Source: an uncultured Verrucomicrobiae bacterium
GTDB taxonomy: Bacteria; Verrucomicrobiota; Verrucomicrobiia; Limisphaerales; JAFGQR01
Assembly: GCA_963788655.1 (NCBI GenBank)
Contig: CAWBHS010000079.1
Coordinates: 1-64,000, forward strand
Reading direction: 5' to 3'
Length of the DNA stretch: 64,000 nt
The stretch's first letter is position 1. Each line of letters begins with the position of its first letter. Shown here piece after piece: positions 10,238 to 24,156 of this stretch. A program made the translations under genes and the position numbers. A model generated the notes under the pieces. The model was given only the letters and a program-made list of their open reading frames with translations. It was not told the origin of the DNA and made no database searches.

Positions 10238-11194
10238 CTAGCTTAGGAAATAGTTACGCTGTTTTTCGGTCATCGGCATGCCCAGCCGTTCCATCACTTG
10301 GAGCATGTCTTCCCACACTTTGCGCCGTTCGCTCCGAGCTTGGTTGCGCAGCAGATAGGCCGGGTGATAGGTCGGCATCAGGGGAATTTCGCGGTAGGTT
10401 TGCCAGTGGCCACGCAATCGGGTAATGCCCACGGTTTTGCCCAACAAACCTTCCACGGCAGTGGCACCCAACGCGACCATGACCCGTGGCTGAATCAGAT
10501 CAATTTGCGCCTGCAAATACGGCAAGCAGGTCTTCATTTCGTCCGCCGTGGGCTTCCGGTTGCCGGAGCGCTGGCCCGGAGTATCGGGGCGGCATTTTAA
10601 AATGTTGGCAATGTAAACCGACTGGCGGCTGAGGCCCATGGTTTGAATGATCTTCGTCAGCAATTGCCCGGCGGCTCCCACAAACGGTTCGCCCTGCACA
10701 TCTTCGTCCGCTCCGGGGGCTTCGCCCACAAACATAAGTTCCGCGTCGATACTGCCCACCCCAAAAACCACGTGCTTGCGGACCGCCGCCAAGTGGGGAC
10801 ATTTGACGCACACCAAGGCTCGCTCCCGCAATTCGGCAATCGCCTGGGCTTTGGCTTCCCCGCGCAACGCAGAAGCTGGTGGAGCGGTTGCCGACGGTGT
10901 TGGTGGCGCATTTTCCGGGGCAATTGGCAACGCGGCAGTCGCGGGCGCGGCGGGCAGCAGGACGGGCGATGAGGACTGGGGTATCGATTCGTGGGGCAAC
11001 GACGCTTCCATGCTCTCAGCCGCGGGTAATGCCTCCGCTACGGAGGTTCCCAACACCGGGGTTCGCATTGGTGGCGGCTGCCGCAGTGCGGTTAAGGTTG
11101 CGCGATCCACGGCCACAAACCGGGTGCCCTTCGTTTTCAACTCTTCCAGGTGCCGAATGGTAACATCGACCAAGTTGGCAAAATCAGCAGACAT
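10238..11194 (-). CDS. Uracil-DNA glycosylase family 4 with N-terminal low-complexity extension
   Basis: 'CVKCPHL', '[20 protein letters not shown]', 'NILKCRP', 'TYHPAYLLR'; start chosen at ATG 11194 (alternative 11203). Confidence 0.92.
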   Translation of the reverse strand: MSADFANLVDVTIRHLEELKTKGTRFVAVDRATLTALRQPPPMRTPVLGTSVAEALPAAESMEASLPHESIPQSSSPVLLPAAPATAALPIAPENAPPTPSATAPPASALRGEAKAQAIAELRERALVCVKCPHLAAVRKHVVFGVGSIDAELMFVGEAPGADEDVQGEPFVGAAGQLLTKIIQTMGLSRQSVYIANILKCRPDTPGQRSGNRKPTADEMKTCLPYLQAQIDLIQPRVMVALGATAVEGLLGKTVGITRLRGHWQTYREIPLMPTYHPAYLLRNQARSERRKVWEDMLQVMERLGMPMTEKQRNYFLS

Positions 11195-11292
11195 CCCGGC
11201 CATGTTGGCGCCTCGCGGCCAGCATGCAGTAAAAAAGTTTACCAAAACGCCGGATGCCAGCGCAGATAACATCCGCAGTTACGTCGGAAAAG

Positions 11293-11406
11293 GTAGTACC
11301 GGCGTCTCGCCAGGCCGAAATTTTCAGGGCGTGTGCTGCTTGCGGAACGCTGACCAGTATGGGACGCGCTATTCGACTTTCGGGATAGTCGAGACGGATG
11401 TCCTAC
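11293..11406. repeat. Degenerate REPIN-like pair (GTAGGAC.GGCGTCTCGCC family)
   Basis: GTAGTACCGGCGTCTCGCCAGGCCGA ... TCGGGATAGTCGAGACGGATGTCCTAC; relatives at 51128-51154 and 54024-54136. Confidence 0.7.
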
Positions 11407-11549
11407 TCGAATGGCCGGACTCATGCTGAGCTTATGCCGGCCGGCGCCGGCGCATTTTTGACTTTGTGCTTCGCGGGTCTTTTCTTAATCATGCTCGCCG
11501 CTTGGCGATGGCCTTGCGTTGACTGTTTTGTCGTGCATACTAACCGGAC

Positions 11550-12209
11550 ATGTTGAGTCAGACCAAAACCGCTCTGCCGCAAGTGGTGGAGATGTTGGGC
11601 GAGCTGCACCCGTTGATGGCGCAGCTTGGCTCAGCCGATGGTTTGGTTACGTTGAGCTCCGTGTCCACGGCGTTGCGCTTGCCGCAAGTGGACAGCCTGC
11701 CGGCCCTGAACAACTTCCTCGAGGCCTACGTCGCGCAGATTCTTCTGCCCATTGAATTGCCGGGAATCTGCCGGGCGTTTCATCATGCCAGTCGCAATGA
11801 GGTTCGCGAACTCGTGGCCTTGGACCAGCACATCGCGCGGCTCCCCATTCTCCAGGAGTTGGCCTCCGCCAGCGAACGGGTGGGACGCTGCCAATTGGAA
11901 CGATTGCGGCCCTTGCGTGATGAACGCGTGGTGCAGCGTTATCTGAAGGCGGTACATGAGCATCGGGCCCATGGCTGGCATACCCTGGTTTATGGTCTGA
12001 CCCTCGCGTTGTATTCCTTGCCGGTGCGCCAAGGCCTGATGACGTATGCCCGGCAAACGCTCCACGGCTTTGTTCAGACCGCGGCACATCCCTTGCATCT
12101 GACCAAGGCACAGTGCCGCCATTTACTGGAAGATCTTTGCCGGAACCTGCCCCGCCAATTGGAGACCATTGTTGCCGAAGAAGCGATCTCTCCGGGCAAT
12201 AAGGATTGA
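11550..12209 (+). CDS. UreF-like (urease accessory family) protein, orphan
   Basis: 'ELVALDQ...ELASASERVGRCQL', 'GWHTLVYG', 'TLHGFVQTA..L.L....C..LL' resemble the UreF core. Confidence 0.6.
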   Translation: MLSQTKTALPQVVEMLGELHPLMAQLGSADGLVTLSSVSTALRLPQVDSLPALNNFLEAYVAQILLPIELPGICRAFHHASRNEVRELVALDQHIARLPILQELASASERVGRCQLERLRPLRDERVVQRYLKAVHEHRAHGWHTLVYGLTLALYSLPVRQGLMTYARQTLHGFVQTAAHPLHLTKAQCRHLLEDLCRNLPRQLETIVAEEAISPGNKD

Positions 12210-12309
12210 CGTGGAGGTTGCAGTCCGCGCTTTCTTGGTCGTTTTTTCACGCAGAGGAAGATCACCGCGCTCCGCGGCAGCAAGTAATTCAGCGTAAGAG
12301 AACTCGGGA

Positions 12310-12693
12310 TCAACGCGCCGGCTGATTCGATTCTGGTTCCGGGAAAAACAAATCATCTTCGGCAATATCCGGGATACCGATCACCAGAATCCGCATGCGG
12401 CCTCTGGCGCCGTGGACCACGCCCGGCGGAATATGCACCAGGGAACCCGGGCGCACCGGATGGTCCACGCCGTCCAGGACCACGCCTCCTTCGCCTTTCA
12501 GCACGTAATACAACTCGGTGGATCGCCGATGAAAATGTTCGCGGGCGCCATCGATGTCCACCGCGTGCGCCCAGGCGGCAACATTATTGTCTTCGCGGCT
12601 GATCAACCGGTCGCGCCATCCGCACGTGCTACGTTCACGGGGAGCATCGCCTTCGTGGCGAATGAGCAGGGAAAGTGGTTGGGCAGTTTCCAT
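12310..12693 (-). CDS. Cupin domain protein
   Basis: 'HFHRRSTELYYVLKG' and 'IPPGVVHG' cupin motifs. Confidence 0.85.
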   Translation of the reverse strand: METAQPLSLLIRHEGDAPRERSTCGWRDRLISREDNNVAAWAHAVDIDGAREHFHRRSTELYYVLKGEGGVVLDGVDHPVRPGSLVHIPPGVVHGARGRMRILVIGIPDIAEDDLFFPEPESNQPAR

Positions 12694-12847
12694 AAACAAG
12701 AGTTCAAAGAATCAGGGAGGTGAGTTCAAGGTTTTTTGACCACTTGCTGGTAGACTTCATGGGTGACGGCCTTCGGGATTTCCCAACCAGTTGCGGCGGT
12801 GGACCACGCCCGTGCCTAAAAACCAGCGACCAAAGATAATCTACTGC

Positions 12848-13545
12848 CTCGACGATCCCCAATGGCAGGCGTGGGGGGTGCGCCCGTTTACCACCGACCA
12901 GATCAAGAATCGCATGGTCAGCGGCGACGCCGTGCCTTGCGGCAAACCGGACTGGTAGGCGCTACCGCGGCTCAAGTTCGATCCCGAGGCAGCCCGCCTG
13001 GAGCCCACGCCTTTGAATTTTTCCCCGTGGTGTGATTTTCGAAGCGATATGAATCGTTCATTGGCGCGGACCCTGGGTGAGTTGCGCCAGGCCGCACACG
13101 AATTGGATCCGCACACGCCCGCTGGCATCGAAGGCACGCAGATGCCGCACGCCTTTGGCGGATACAATTTGTGGCGGTTGTCGCAAGTGCTCGATTGGGT
13201 TGAGCCGTATGACATTGGCAACGCGCAGGAAATCTTCGGTTCCTTCATGCCCGGCAAGCCCATCCTCTGCACCGTGTTTGAAAAGGAAACCATGCCCGCC
13301 CGCCGGCGGCTTTGGCATTTGTTGCTCGAAGGTGACCGCGGTTGCATTGTGTGGTGGCGCGAGGACTGTATTGACTGGCAGAGCGCCGTTTTTGCACTCA
13401 GGCCGAAGGGCCGGGCACTCGCCCCGGTGCTCCGTCGAAATGACCTCGCCCCTGGCCCGGTTGTTCCTGCGGGCGAAAAAGAAAACCGATCCCATCGCCA
13501 TTCACTACTCCCAACCGAGCATTCAAGTGGATTGGCTGTTGGCGG
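12848..13545 (+). pseudogene. Internal fragment of a glycoside hydrolase (GH42/beta-galactosidase-like)
   Basis: 'WCDFRSDM', 'DPHTPAGIEGTQ', 'DPIAIHYSQPSIQ'; in-frame TAG at 12955, frameshift near 13435, no start or end. Confidence 0.55.
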
Positions 13546-13676
13546 TAGCGGCCAACGATGATAAACAAGGACATTACCAAAGGCACTAAGGCCGTGCTCG
13601 CGGCACGCAAAATCCAAATCACCAGGATGACTCCCGTCAACGTGCCCCAGAATCGCAGCACGCGATGCTTGCTCAT
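13545..13676 (-). pseudogene. Truncated N-terminus of an AI-2E-family-like membrane protein
   Basis: 'GVILVIWILRAASTALVPLVMSLFII' breaks off into the antisense strand of the GH fragment. Confidence 0.5.
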
Positions 13677-13709
13677 GCGGTTGTTGCCATCCGCTCGCAT
13701 CCTTGCCGG

Positions 13710-14204
13710 TTACGGTTTCCGCTGTTTCTTCGCCGTTCCATTTCTGTTGGCGTGATGTTCCCACCGGCCGAGCAGCCGGAGCATCACCAACGCCAGGACG
13801 GTAACCCCCGCCGCCAACCACCATTCGGCCAGAGCCACACAGATACCGACCGAAGCGGTGAACAGCAGCGAAGCCGCGGTGGTCAAGCCCTGCACCGTTT
13901 CCCGTCCGCCGCGCCGGAAGATGGTCCCGGCGCCAATAAAACTGACGCCGACGATGACCGCCTCAATGATCCGCAACGGGTCCGCCCGAATGAGGCTGTT
14001 GGCATAGTCCTCATGGAACCGCGTCACCAGCAATTCGCCCAGCATGACCAGCAGCGCGGCCGCGCCGGCCACAAACATGTGGGTGCGAAATCCGGCGGGT
14101 TTGCCCGAAGTTTCTCGCTCAAATCCAATCACCGCACCCAGGCTCAAAGCGATGGCCACAAAGCCCAGAATTTTGAGTTGGGGAAGCAATGATGTTGGAT
14201 TCAT
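13710..14204 (-). CDS. MgtC/SapB family protein
   Basis: 'LGAVIGFERE..GKPAGFRTH', 'DPLRI...GVSFIGAG.I', 'GLTTAASL'. Confidence 0.92.
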   Translation of the reverse strand: MNPTSLLPQLKILGFVAIALSLGAVIGFERETSGKPAGFRTHMFVAGAAALLVMLGELLVTRFHEDYANSLIRADPLRIIEAVIVGVSFIGAGTIFRRGGRETVQGLTTAASLLFTASVGICVALAEWWLAAGVTVLALVMLRLLGRWEHHANRNGTAKKQRKP

Positions 14205-14478
14205 GTGCGATTCCGGTGCTCGCGCGTTGCTCATTACCGCCAAGACGATGGCCCCCTGGCTTCAACGCCTCGGGCACGCCGCTCACCGTTTGTTACCGCA
14301 ACTTAGGCACGGGGAAGTGATTCCGCAATAGGCGGAGCCTCCGCGTCGCATGGGGGGCAAATTGCCCATTAGCTTACAGGCAATTGCTTAGTTGCGCCGC
14401 GGAACATTCCCGATGGACAGATTTCCGTCGTCCGTGACATTTGAAGCGGACCGCCTTGGGGCGGCGTTCAACAATGAT

Positions 14479-14856
14479 ATGGAAATTAACTATCGCCACT
14501 TTCCGTGTGAACGGCTGATCAAGACGACGGTCCATGGCACGCTGGACCTCGAGGGCAGCAAACAAATGCTCCGCACCCTGGCCACTGATCCGGCATTCCC
14601 GCAACCTTACCATGTGCTGGTGGACCTGCACAATGCGCCGTGCCAACTCTCCGTCACCGACGTCTTCCATCTCGTCCGTGAACTGCAGGAATACGGCTTC
14701 ACCCACGCGAACAAAATCGCCGTGGTGGTCGCTCCCAAATGTTCCCTGGAGGTCGAAAAATTTATGGAACTCTGCGCCGGCAATCGCGGCCTTCAGATTC
14801 AACACTTCACCGAAATGGAACCGGCCAAGTCTTGGCTCGGTGGTGAACGCCTGTAA
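14479..14856 (+). CDS. Hypothetical STAS/SpoIIAA-like protein
   Basis: 'VLVDL', 'KIAVVV', 'NRG..IQHF.....A..WL' pattern. Confidence 0.6.
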   Translation: MEINYRHFPCERLIKTTVHGTLDLEGSKQMLRTLATDPAFPQPYHVLVDLHNAPCQLSVTDVFHLVRELQEYGFTHANKIAVVVAPKCSLEVEKFMELCAGNRGLQIQHFTEMEPAKSWLGGERL

Positions 14857-14939
14857 AGCAGATCGCCGGTGGCAGGATTCATCGATGGGAGTTTCCTGAT
14901 GCAGGCCAGGATTCGTTCTCGCTGGGGAATAGGACTCAT

Positions 14940-15959
14940 TTAACTCTTAAAGTACAGCAATCCAAACGCCAGCAAGTAAAGCAGCAGGATGAGAAAACTT
15001 TCAAAGCCAATATTGGCAATGCCATGTTTTTCCCGCCGGATCAATCCCATCAGCAGGATGCCGGTCAGCAAAATGGTCAAGGCCATGATATAAACCTGCG
15101 GCCGCGAAATGGCGTGGTAAATGGAGCCCTGGGGGTACGCAAAGTCGGAGAAGGAAACAAACAATACATCAAAGCAATTGCCCCCAATGATGCCGCCCAC
15201 GGCCAGAGTCAAGGCCCCCCGGCGCACCGCCGCAATCGAAGTCACCAATTCTGGCAGGGACGTGCATACGGCGGTAAACAATCCGCCGACGAACGCTTCC
15301 GACAGGCCCGTTTTGTTTGACAGCGCGATGCCGGCCTGGGCGACGACGTAGCCGGCAACCGCGACGATGGCGCCGAACACGGCGAACTTGAACCACATCA
15401 GCCATATCAACGAGCCAATCTTCGGTTCCAGTTTAGGCTTGTCCAGTAAGGTTTCCGCGGTTAAATGCGGTTTCCACATGGGATTCTTTTGCACGCGGGA
15501 GACCATGCGCACGCCTAAAATGTAAGTGATGATCAACACCACAGACACCGGATGCACGCCGGCGACGGTTACCTCGGGACCGGCCATGGCCAATAAGGGA
15601 ATGGCCAGCAAGACCACCAACAATGCGCCTTGCAGCATGTTGGGGAGCGAAGAGGCGGCGTGTTCGAGATTGGCTTTGCGATGGGTCATGTCGGCAATCG
15701 CCAAAAAGACCGTTTGGGCCGCAATGCCGCCCAGTGCGTTGCTGATCGCCAAATCCGGATAGCCCTGGGCCGCCGTCGTAACCGAAGTTGTGATGCCCGG
15801 CAATGACGTGGTGCCGCCGAGGAAAACGCCGCCCATCAAGGCTTCCCCCCATCCGGTCGCATCGGCCAGGCGGTCGGCCTCGCGGGTCAGCCGCGTTCCG
15901 ACCCAGCCAATGACCACCGTAGCGCCGGCGAGCACGACGATCACTGATGGCAGCGACAT
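14940..15959 (-). CDS. Sodium/calcium exchanger (CaCA family) membrane protein
   Basis: Two alpha-repeats: 'GGTTSLPG....ISNALGG' and 'AVCTSLPEL...VGGIIGGNCFD'. Confidence 0.9.
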   Translation of the reverse strand: MSLPSVIVVLAGATVVIGWVGTRLTREADRLADATGWGEALMGGVFLGGTTSLPGITTSVTTAAQGYPDLAISNALGGIAAQTVFLAIADMTHRKANLEHAASSLPNMLQGALLVVLLAIPLLAMAGPEVTVAGVHPVSVVLIITYILGVRMVSRVQKNPMWKPHLTAETLLDKPKLEPKIGSLIWLMWFKFAVFGAIVAVAGYVVAQAGIALSNKTGLSEAFVGGLFTAVCTSLPELVTSIAAVRRGALTLAVGGIIGGNCFDVLFVSFSDFAYPQGSIYHAISRPQVYIMALTILLTGILLMGLIRREKHGIANIGFESFLILLLYLLAFGLLYFKS

Positions 15960-16031
15960 GGAAGCGACGTCAAACACAACGAAATATGGCCACACTTTCC
16001 CAGGTTGCAAATGCGGCGCGATCCACTGCCC

Positions 16032-17180
16032 TCAATGCGCGTGGCCGGGTTGGTGTTGATGCTGCTGATGTTTGGGGTGGCTTTGCGGTTTTTGTTTGAA
16101 ATGCAAATACCCGAAGTAGCCCAACACCGCCAGGGCCGCACAGTTTAACCACGTCGTGTAGTTCCATTTAAAGGCGGCTGCGGAAATGGCCGCTGCGGGC
16201 CGGGCGCCTTCCGGCAACAGGCCGCCAACGCTAAATAACAGTTCGACCACCATCGCCGCCGTGACCATGGCAGCGAACAGAATGCCCGTGATGCTCAAGG
16301 CCATCGGCCAACCATAGTACTTTCGGTAAGCCAGGACCAAGGGCAGGACAATCAGATCTCCGTAAATGAACGCGATGACGCCGCCGAAACTGATGCCACT
16401 GGCCCAGAGCAGACTGGCAAAGGGGATGTTGCCGACGGAACAAACGAAGGACGCCATGGCAATCAACGGGCCGACAACGGCGTTCTCGAGCATTTTCAAG
16501 GGACCGGAATCGCCGCTGATGAACAGGGCTTCCCACCACGCTTTGGGAACCAGCGTGGCCAGGAAGCCGGCGATGAGGACGCCAATGACAATCTCCTTCC
16601 ACAACATCGAGACATCCATCATGAACGACTGGGGCACGCCCGACCAATGGGCGGGCTGCTTGATCTTTTCGAGTAAAGATCCTTCCGACGAATCCGGGCC
16701 GTGATGATGGTGATGCTGGCCTTCCCCTTGTTCGCGGGCATGCTTGCGCCCGGCTTCGACGAGCTTCTTCGGCACCAGCCAGCGGACCAGCAACGCCATC
16801 ACCAGGATCATGACGATGGCGCCCGCAATCTCCGCCACGACAAACCGCCAGCCCATCAACATCCAGATGACAATCCCGATTTCGATGACGAGGTTCGTTG
16901 AAGCCAGGAGGAACGTCAGGGCCGGCACCAGGGCCGCGCCTTTTTTGAAAACGGTTTTGCTGGTCGCCGCCGCCGCGTACGAGCAAGAGGAACTGGCGGC
17001 GCCGAACAGGGTCGCCAGGGCGACTTCGCGCAGGCCGTTTTTCCCGAAGGCGCGCGCCATTTGTTGTTTGCTGACAAATGTCTGCATGAAGCTCGAGATG
17101 CCGAATCCCAGCACCAGGGCCCACAGCATTTGCCAGAGCATGGCGGCTGACCGATAGAGACTTTCAAATAACCAATCCAT
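16032..17180 (-). CDS. Permease (DUF318/ArsP-like) with His-rich loop and tail
   Basis: 'GAASSSCSY', 'SFVCSVGNIP', HHHHH loop, His/Gln-rich C-terminus. Confidence 0.85.
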   Translation of the reverse strand: MDWLFESLYRSAAMLWQMLWALVLGFGISSFMQTFVSKQQMARAFGKNGLREVALATLFGAASSSCSYAAAATSKTVFKKGAALVPALTFLLASTNLVIEIGIVIWMLMGWRFVVAEIAGAIVMILVMALLVRWLVPKKLVEAGRKHAREQGEGQHHHHHGPDSSEGSLLEKIKQPAHWSGVPQSFMMDVSMLWKEIVIGVLIAGFLATLVPKAWWEALFISGDSGPLKMLENAVVGPLIAMASFVCSVGNIPFASLLWASGISFGGVIAFIYGDLIVLPLVLAYRKYYGWPMALSITGILFAAMVTAAMVVELLFSVGGLLPEGARPAAAISAAAFKWNYTTWLNCAALAVLGYFGYLHFKQKPQSHPKHQQHQHQPGHAH

Positions 17181-17208
17181 TGTGGTTCCTGTGATTTGAA
17201 GTTGAGGG

Positions 17209-17937
17209 TTAGAGATACCGTTTCAAAGCCATGGCGTTGTGGACGGCGTATCCATCGAAGTCGTTGTTGAAATAGGCATAGACATCCAGGCCATCGTCCT
17301 GGAATTGGCGCAGGCGCCGCGCCGTCGCTGTGAGAAACTGCGGGGAATAATTTTGACGCACATCGCCGCCGGGACCATGAAACCGCAGATACAACCAGTT
17401 CGTTGTGATTTCCTGAGGATGATGCTGGATCTTGTCATGCATGCACAGGGCGGCTCGGTGCTGTCGCAACACCGCAAACACTTCGTCGGTCAGCCAACTG
17501 GCGTCCCGGAATTCGATGGCCCACCGGTAACGCCCTGGTGCGCACGCAAGGAATTCCCGCAGGCGTTGGAGATCCACGTTCCAGTTTGGCGGCAACTGCA
17601 CCAGGATGGGGCCGAGATACGATTTCAAGGCCTCCGCTCGTTCCAGGAATAGCGCAATCGAGTCCGCCGGATCTTTCAAGCGTTTGAGGTGCGAACCGTA
17701 GCGGCTGAATTTGAGCGCATAGCAAAATCCGGACGGCGCTTCATGATGCCAGTTTCTAACTGTCTCGGTCTGGGGCAAGCGGTAGAACGTGTTGTTGATT
17801 TCCACCGAATCCAACTGGTGCGCGTAATAATCGAACCACTCGCGTTTGCGCAGCTTGGCCGGATAGAAAGCGCCGCGCCAGTGATCATATTGATACCCGG
17901 AAGTCCCGATGCGAATGGTTGCCTTGCGCTGGCTCAT
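17209..17937 (-). CDS. DUF72 (YecE-like) protein
   Basis: 'IGTSGYQYDHW', 'VEINNTFYRLP', 'LGPILVQLPP', 'AIEFR', 'YLRFHG', 'YFNND'. Confidence 0.92.
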   Translation of the reverse strand: MSQRKATIRIGTSGYQYDHWRGAFYPAKLRKREWFDYYAHQLDSVEINNTFYRLPQTETVRNWHHEAPSGFCYALKFSRYGSHLKRLKDPADSIALFLERAEALKSYLGPILVQLPPNWNVDLQRLREFLACAPGRYRWAIEFRDASWLTDEVFAVLRQHRAALCMHDKIQHHPQEITTNWLYLRFHGPGGDVRQNYSPQFLTATARRLRQFQDDGLDVYAYFNNDFDGYAVHNAMALKRYL

Positions 17938-17962
17938 GTTAAGGCGACGGGCAGATTTGGCT

Positions 17963-21702
<3,740 letters not shown>

Positions 21703-22012
21703 CCCGCGGTTACAGCACCTGCAAATTGTTGATTACTTTATTGGCACCTCCTTCGTAAGCATTGGCGGCGTCTTGACCCATCATTGAATCACTTGTTTGG
21801 GCATTATTAACTTCATAACTTCAAATTCTGGTGATTAGTTAAAGCCTGCTCCTGCAAAGCTCGACGCTGCCGTTCAGAAATTCTGAGGCGGGCTTTACTG
21901 GTTCGCAGCCTCCTTGTAATCTCTAACGCTCCGCGCCATCTCCACCATCGGAGAAATGCCGATTCCGAGGTGCTCATTCTCTTAGAGCCTGTTTTAAAAC
22001 TCCAGCCGGTTC

Positions 22013-22104
22013 GTAGCAGCCGACGTGAGAGAGCGCCGGCATCCTGCCGGCGGAAATGAGCAGGAATTTTCGATGAAATGCGGCCGGCAGGGATGCCGGC
22101 TCCC
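22013..22104. repeat. Composite REP cluster
   Basis: Partial GTAGCAGCCGACGTGAG followed by the inverted pair GAGCGCCGGCATCCTGCCGGC / GCCGGCAGGGATGCCGGCTCCC. Confidence 0.7.
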
Positions 22105-22350
22105 AGGGAAAAGCATTTGGGGCCAGGCGCTAAATAAGGCGCTCCGGTTGTCGCAACGTCTCCATTTAGAGTCAGCCGCGTTCTCACGAACGCAGTTACC
22201 CTCATGTTTTTCCTCTGACCATCTCGGGGTAATTCCCGATTTCTGCGATCTGCCTACGCAGGTAGTTTAATACCCGAGATTAAATATAGATTAAACATGA
22301 ACCAGCGCGGCGAACCTTCGGGAGACCGCCACAATTATAGGAATTTGATT

Positions 22351-22848
22351 ATGACAAAATTAGCCCAATTGGAAGACCTGTATATCGGCGAATTGCGCGA
22401 TCTGTATCACGCCGAAACGCAACTGGTTCGCACCTTGCCGATTATGGCGGAGGTCGCGGCAACGCCGGCTCTGCGCCAGGCGTTTAAGGATGATATGGTC
22501 CGGGCCGAACAACACCTCGAGCGGCTGCAAATGATTTTGAATGCCCGCCAACAGGATCCGTCCGGCCATCGCTGCAAAGGCATGGAAGGCTTGCTGGAAG
22601 AAGGCCGGGAACGGTTGGAAGACGACACCGAACCCTCGGTGCTGGACGCGGGATTAATTGTGATGGCGCAGAAAGCCCAGCATTACGAAATGGCTGGTTA
22701 CGGGAGCGCCTGCGAATTCGCGGAGCTCTTGCATCATCCGGACGAAGCAAAACTGCTCCATCAAACGCTCGAGGAAGAAAAGACGGCTGACGGTGAATTC
22801 AGCCAGATTGCCAAGCGCGCCATTAACTTGGAAGCGGCGATGGCATAA
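22351..22848 (+). CDS. YciE/YciF (DUF892) ferritin-like stress protein
   Basis: 'ELRDLYHAETQL', 'CKGMEGLLEEG', 'DAGLI..AQKAQHYEMAGYG', 'TLEEEK'. Confidence 0.9.
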   Translation: MTKLAQLEDLYIGELRDLYHAETQLVRTLPIMAEVAATPALRQAFKDDMVRAEQHLERLQMILNARQQDPSGHRCKGMEGLLEEGRERLEDDTEPSVLDAGLIVMAQKAQHYEMAGYGSACEFAELLHHPDEAKLLHQTLEEEKTADGEFSQIAKRAINLEAAMA

Positions 22849-23942
22849 TGGCCACTTCATCTCCCACCAAAAAACTGCTGATCATCACCGGGAGCAGCGG
22901 CCTGATCGGCACGCGTTTGCAGCAAGAGCTATCGGGCACCTACCAGGTGTTGGGACTGGACGTCAAACCGTCGCCCCAACCTGTTCCGGGGACCGAATGG
23001 CTGGAATGCGATCTAACGCAGGACGCCAGCGTGAACGAAACACTGGCGCAGGTCGCGTCAAAATATGGCCGGCAAATTGCCAGTGTCATTCACCTGGCGG
23101 CGTATTATGATTTCTCCGGCGAACCCAGTCCGTTGTACGACGAGCTGACCGTTCAAGGAACCCGCCGATTGATCGATGGCTTGCAGGATTTTCAGGTGGA
23201 ACAGTTCGTGTTCTCCAGCAGTCTGCTCGTCATGAAGCCCGCGGACGATCCGGACCATCGGCTCACCGAAAGCGACGCCACGCAAGCGGAATGGGATTAT
23301 CCCCGCTCGAAACTGCAAGCGGAAGCCGTGTTGCATGAACATCGTGGACGTATTCCCATTGTGATTCTCCGGATCGCCGGGGTGTATGATGAAGAGTGCC
23401 ATTCCCTGCCGATCAGTCAGCAAATGCGGCGCATCTACGAAAAGCAATTCGAGAGCTTTGTTTTCCCCGGGGACGCCTCGCATGGCCAACCATTTATTCA
23501 CTTGGACGATTTGGTGGCATGTCTGCGTCGCGTCATTATGTTGCAGCGCGAACTGGCCATGTGGGAGACCTTCCTCATCGCGGAACCGGAAGTGATGGGT
23601 TATGCCGAGCTCCAGGAACAATTGGGGCAGTTGATCCACGGCAAGCAATGGCCCACCGTCCGGGTGCCCAAACCGGTGGCCAAAGCCGGCGCCTGGATCA
23701 AAGACCAATTGCCCGGAAACGAATCCTTCATCAAACCGTGGATGGTGGACCGCGCCGACGAACATTATCCGGTGGTCATCCGGCGCGCCCGCGAACGGCT
23801 GCGTTGGACGCCCACTCACCGGTTGTCGCATTCATTGAAGGATATGGCCAATGCGCTCAAAGACCATCCCCAAGCCTGGTACGAAAGCAACCATTTGCCC
23901 TGGCCAGACGAACAGCAAACCGAACGTTCGGCCCGCGTCTAA
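22848..23942 (+). CDS. NAD-dependent epimerase/dehydratase
   Basis: 'ITGSSGLIG', 'HLAAYYDF', 'YPRSK'; TAATG overlap with the upstream gene. Confidence 0.88.
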   Translation: MATSSPTKKLLIITGSSGLIGTRLQQELSGTYQVLGLDVKPSPQPVPGTEWLECDLTQDASVNETLAQVASKYGRQIASVIHLAAYYDFSGEPSPLYDELTVQGTRRLIDGLQDFQVEQFVFSSSLLVMKPADDPDHRLTESDATQAEWDYPRSKLQAEAVLHEHRGRIPIVILRIAGVYDEECHSLPISQQMRRIYEKQFESFVFPGDASHGQPFIHLDDLVACLRRVIMLQRELAMWETFLIAEPEVMGYAELQEQLGQLIHGKQWPTVRVPKPVAKAGAWIKDQLPGNESFIKPWMVDRADEHYPVVIRRARERLRWTPTHRLSHSLKDMANALKDHPQAWYESNHLPWPDEQQTERSARV

Positions 23943-23967
23943 ACAGAACTGAGCTGCGGATATCTCC

Positions 23968-24156
23968 ATGGAACAACCCGGCAAACAGCACCAGGACCGC
24001 ATCGAAGAAGTATGCCCTACCTGCGGCGTCCCGCGTAGCGAATGGCTCACCGAAGGGGTGTCGAAGGCCGGAACCAAGTATTGCTGCGAAGGCTGTGCGC
24101 AGGGCACCGGTTGCATTTGCCAGAAACAAGCAGCCAAGCGGGCGACCGAGCAATAA
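23968..24156 (+). CDS. Small Cys-rich metallothionein-like protein
   Basis: 62 aa with 7 Cys: CPTC...YCCEGC..GTGCIC. Confidence 0.65.
   Translation: MEQPGKQHQDRIEEVCPTCGVPRSEWLTEGVSKAGTKYCCEGCAQGTGCICQKQAAKRATEQ

Noticed and set aside
21982..22000. IS-like end 'TAGAGCCTGTTTTAAAAC'
   Set aside because: No matching inverted partner or transposase found in the window
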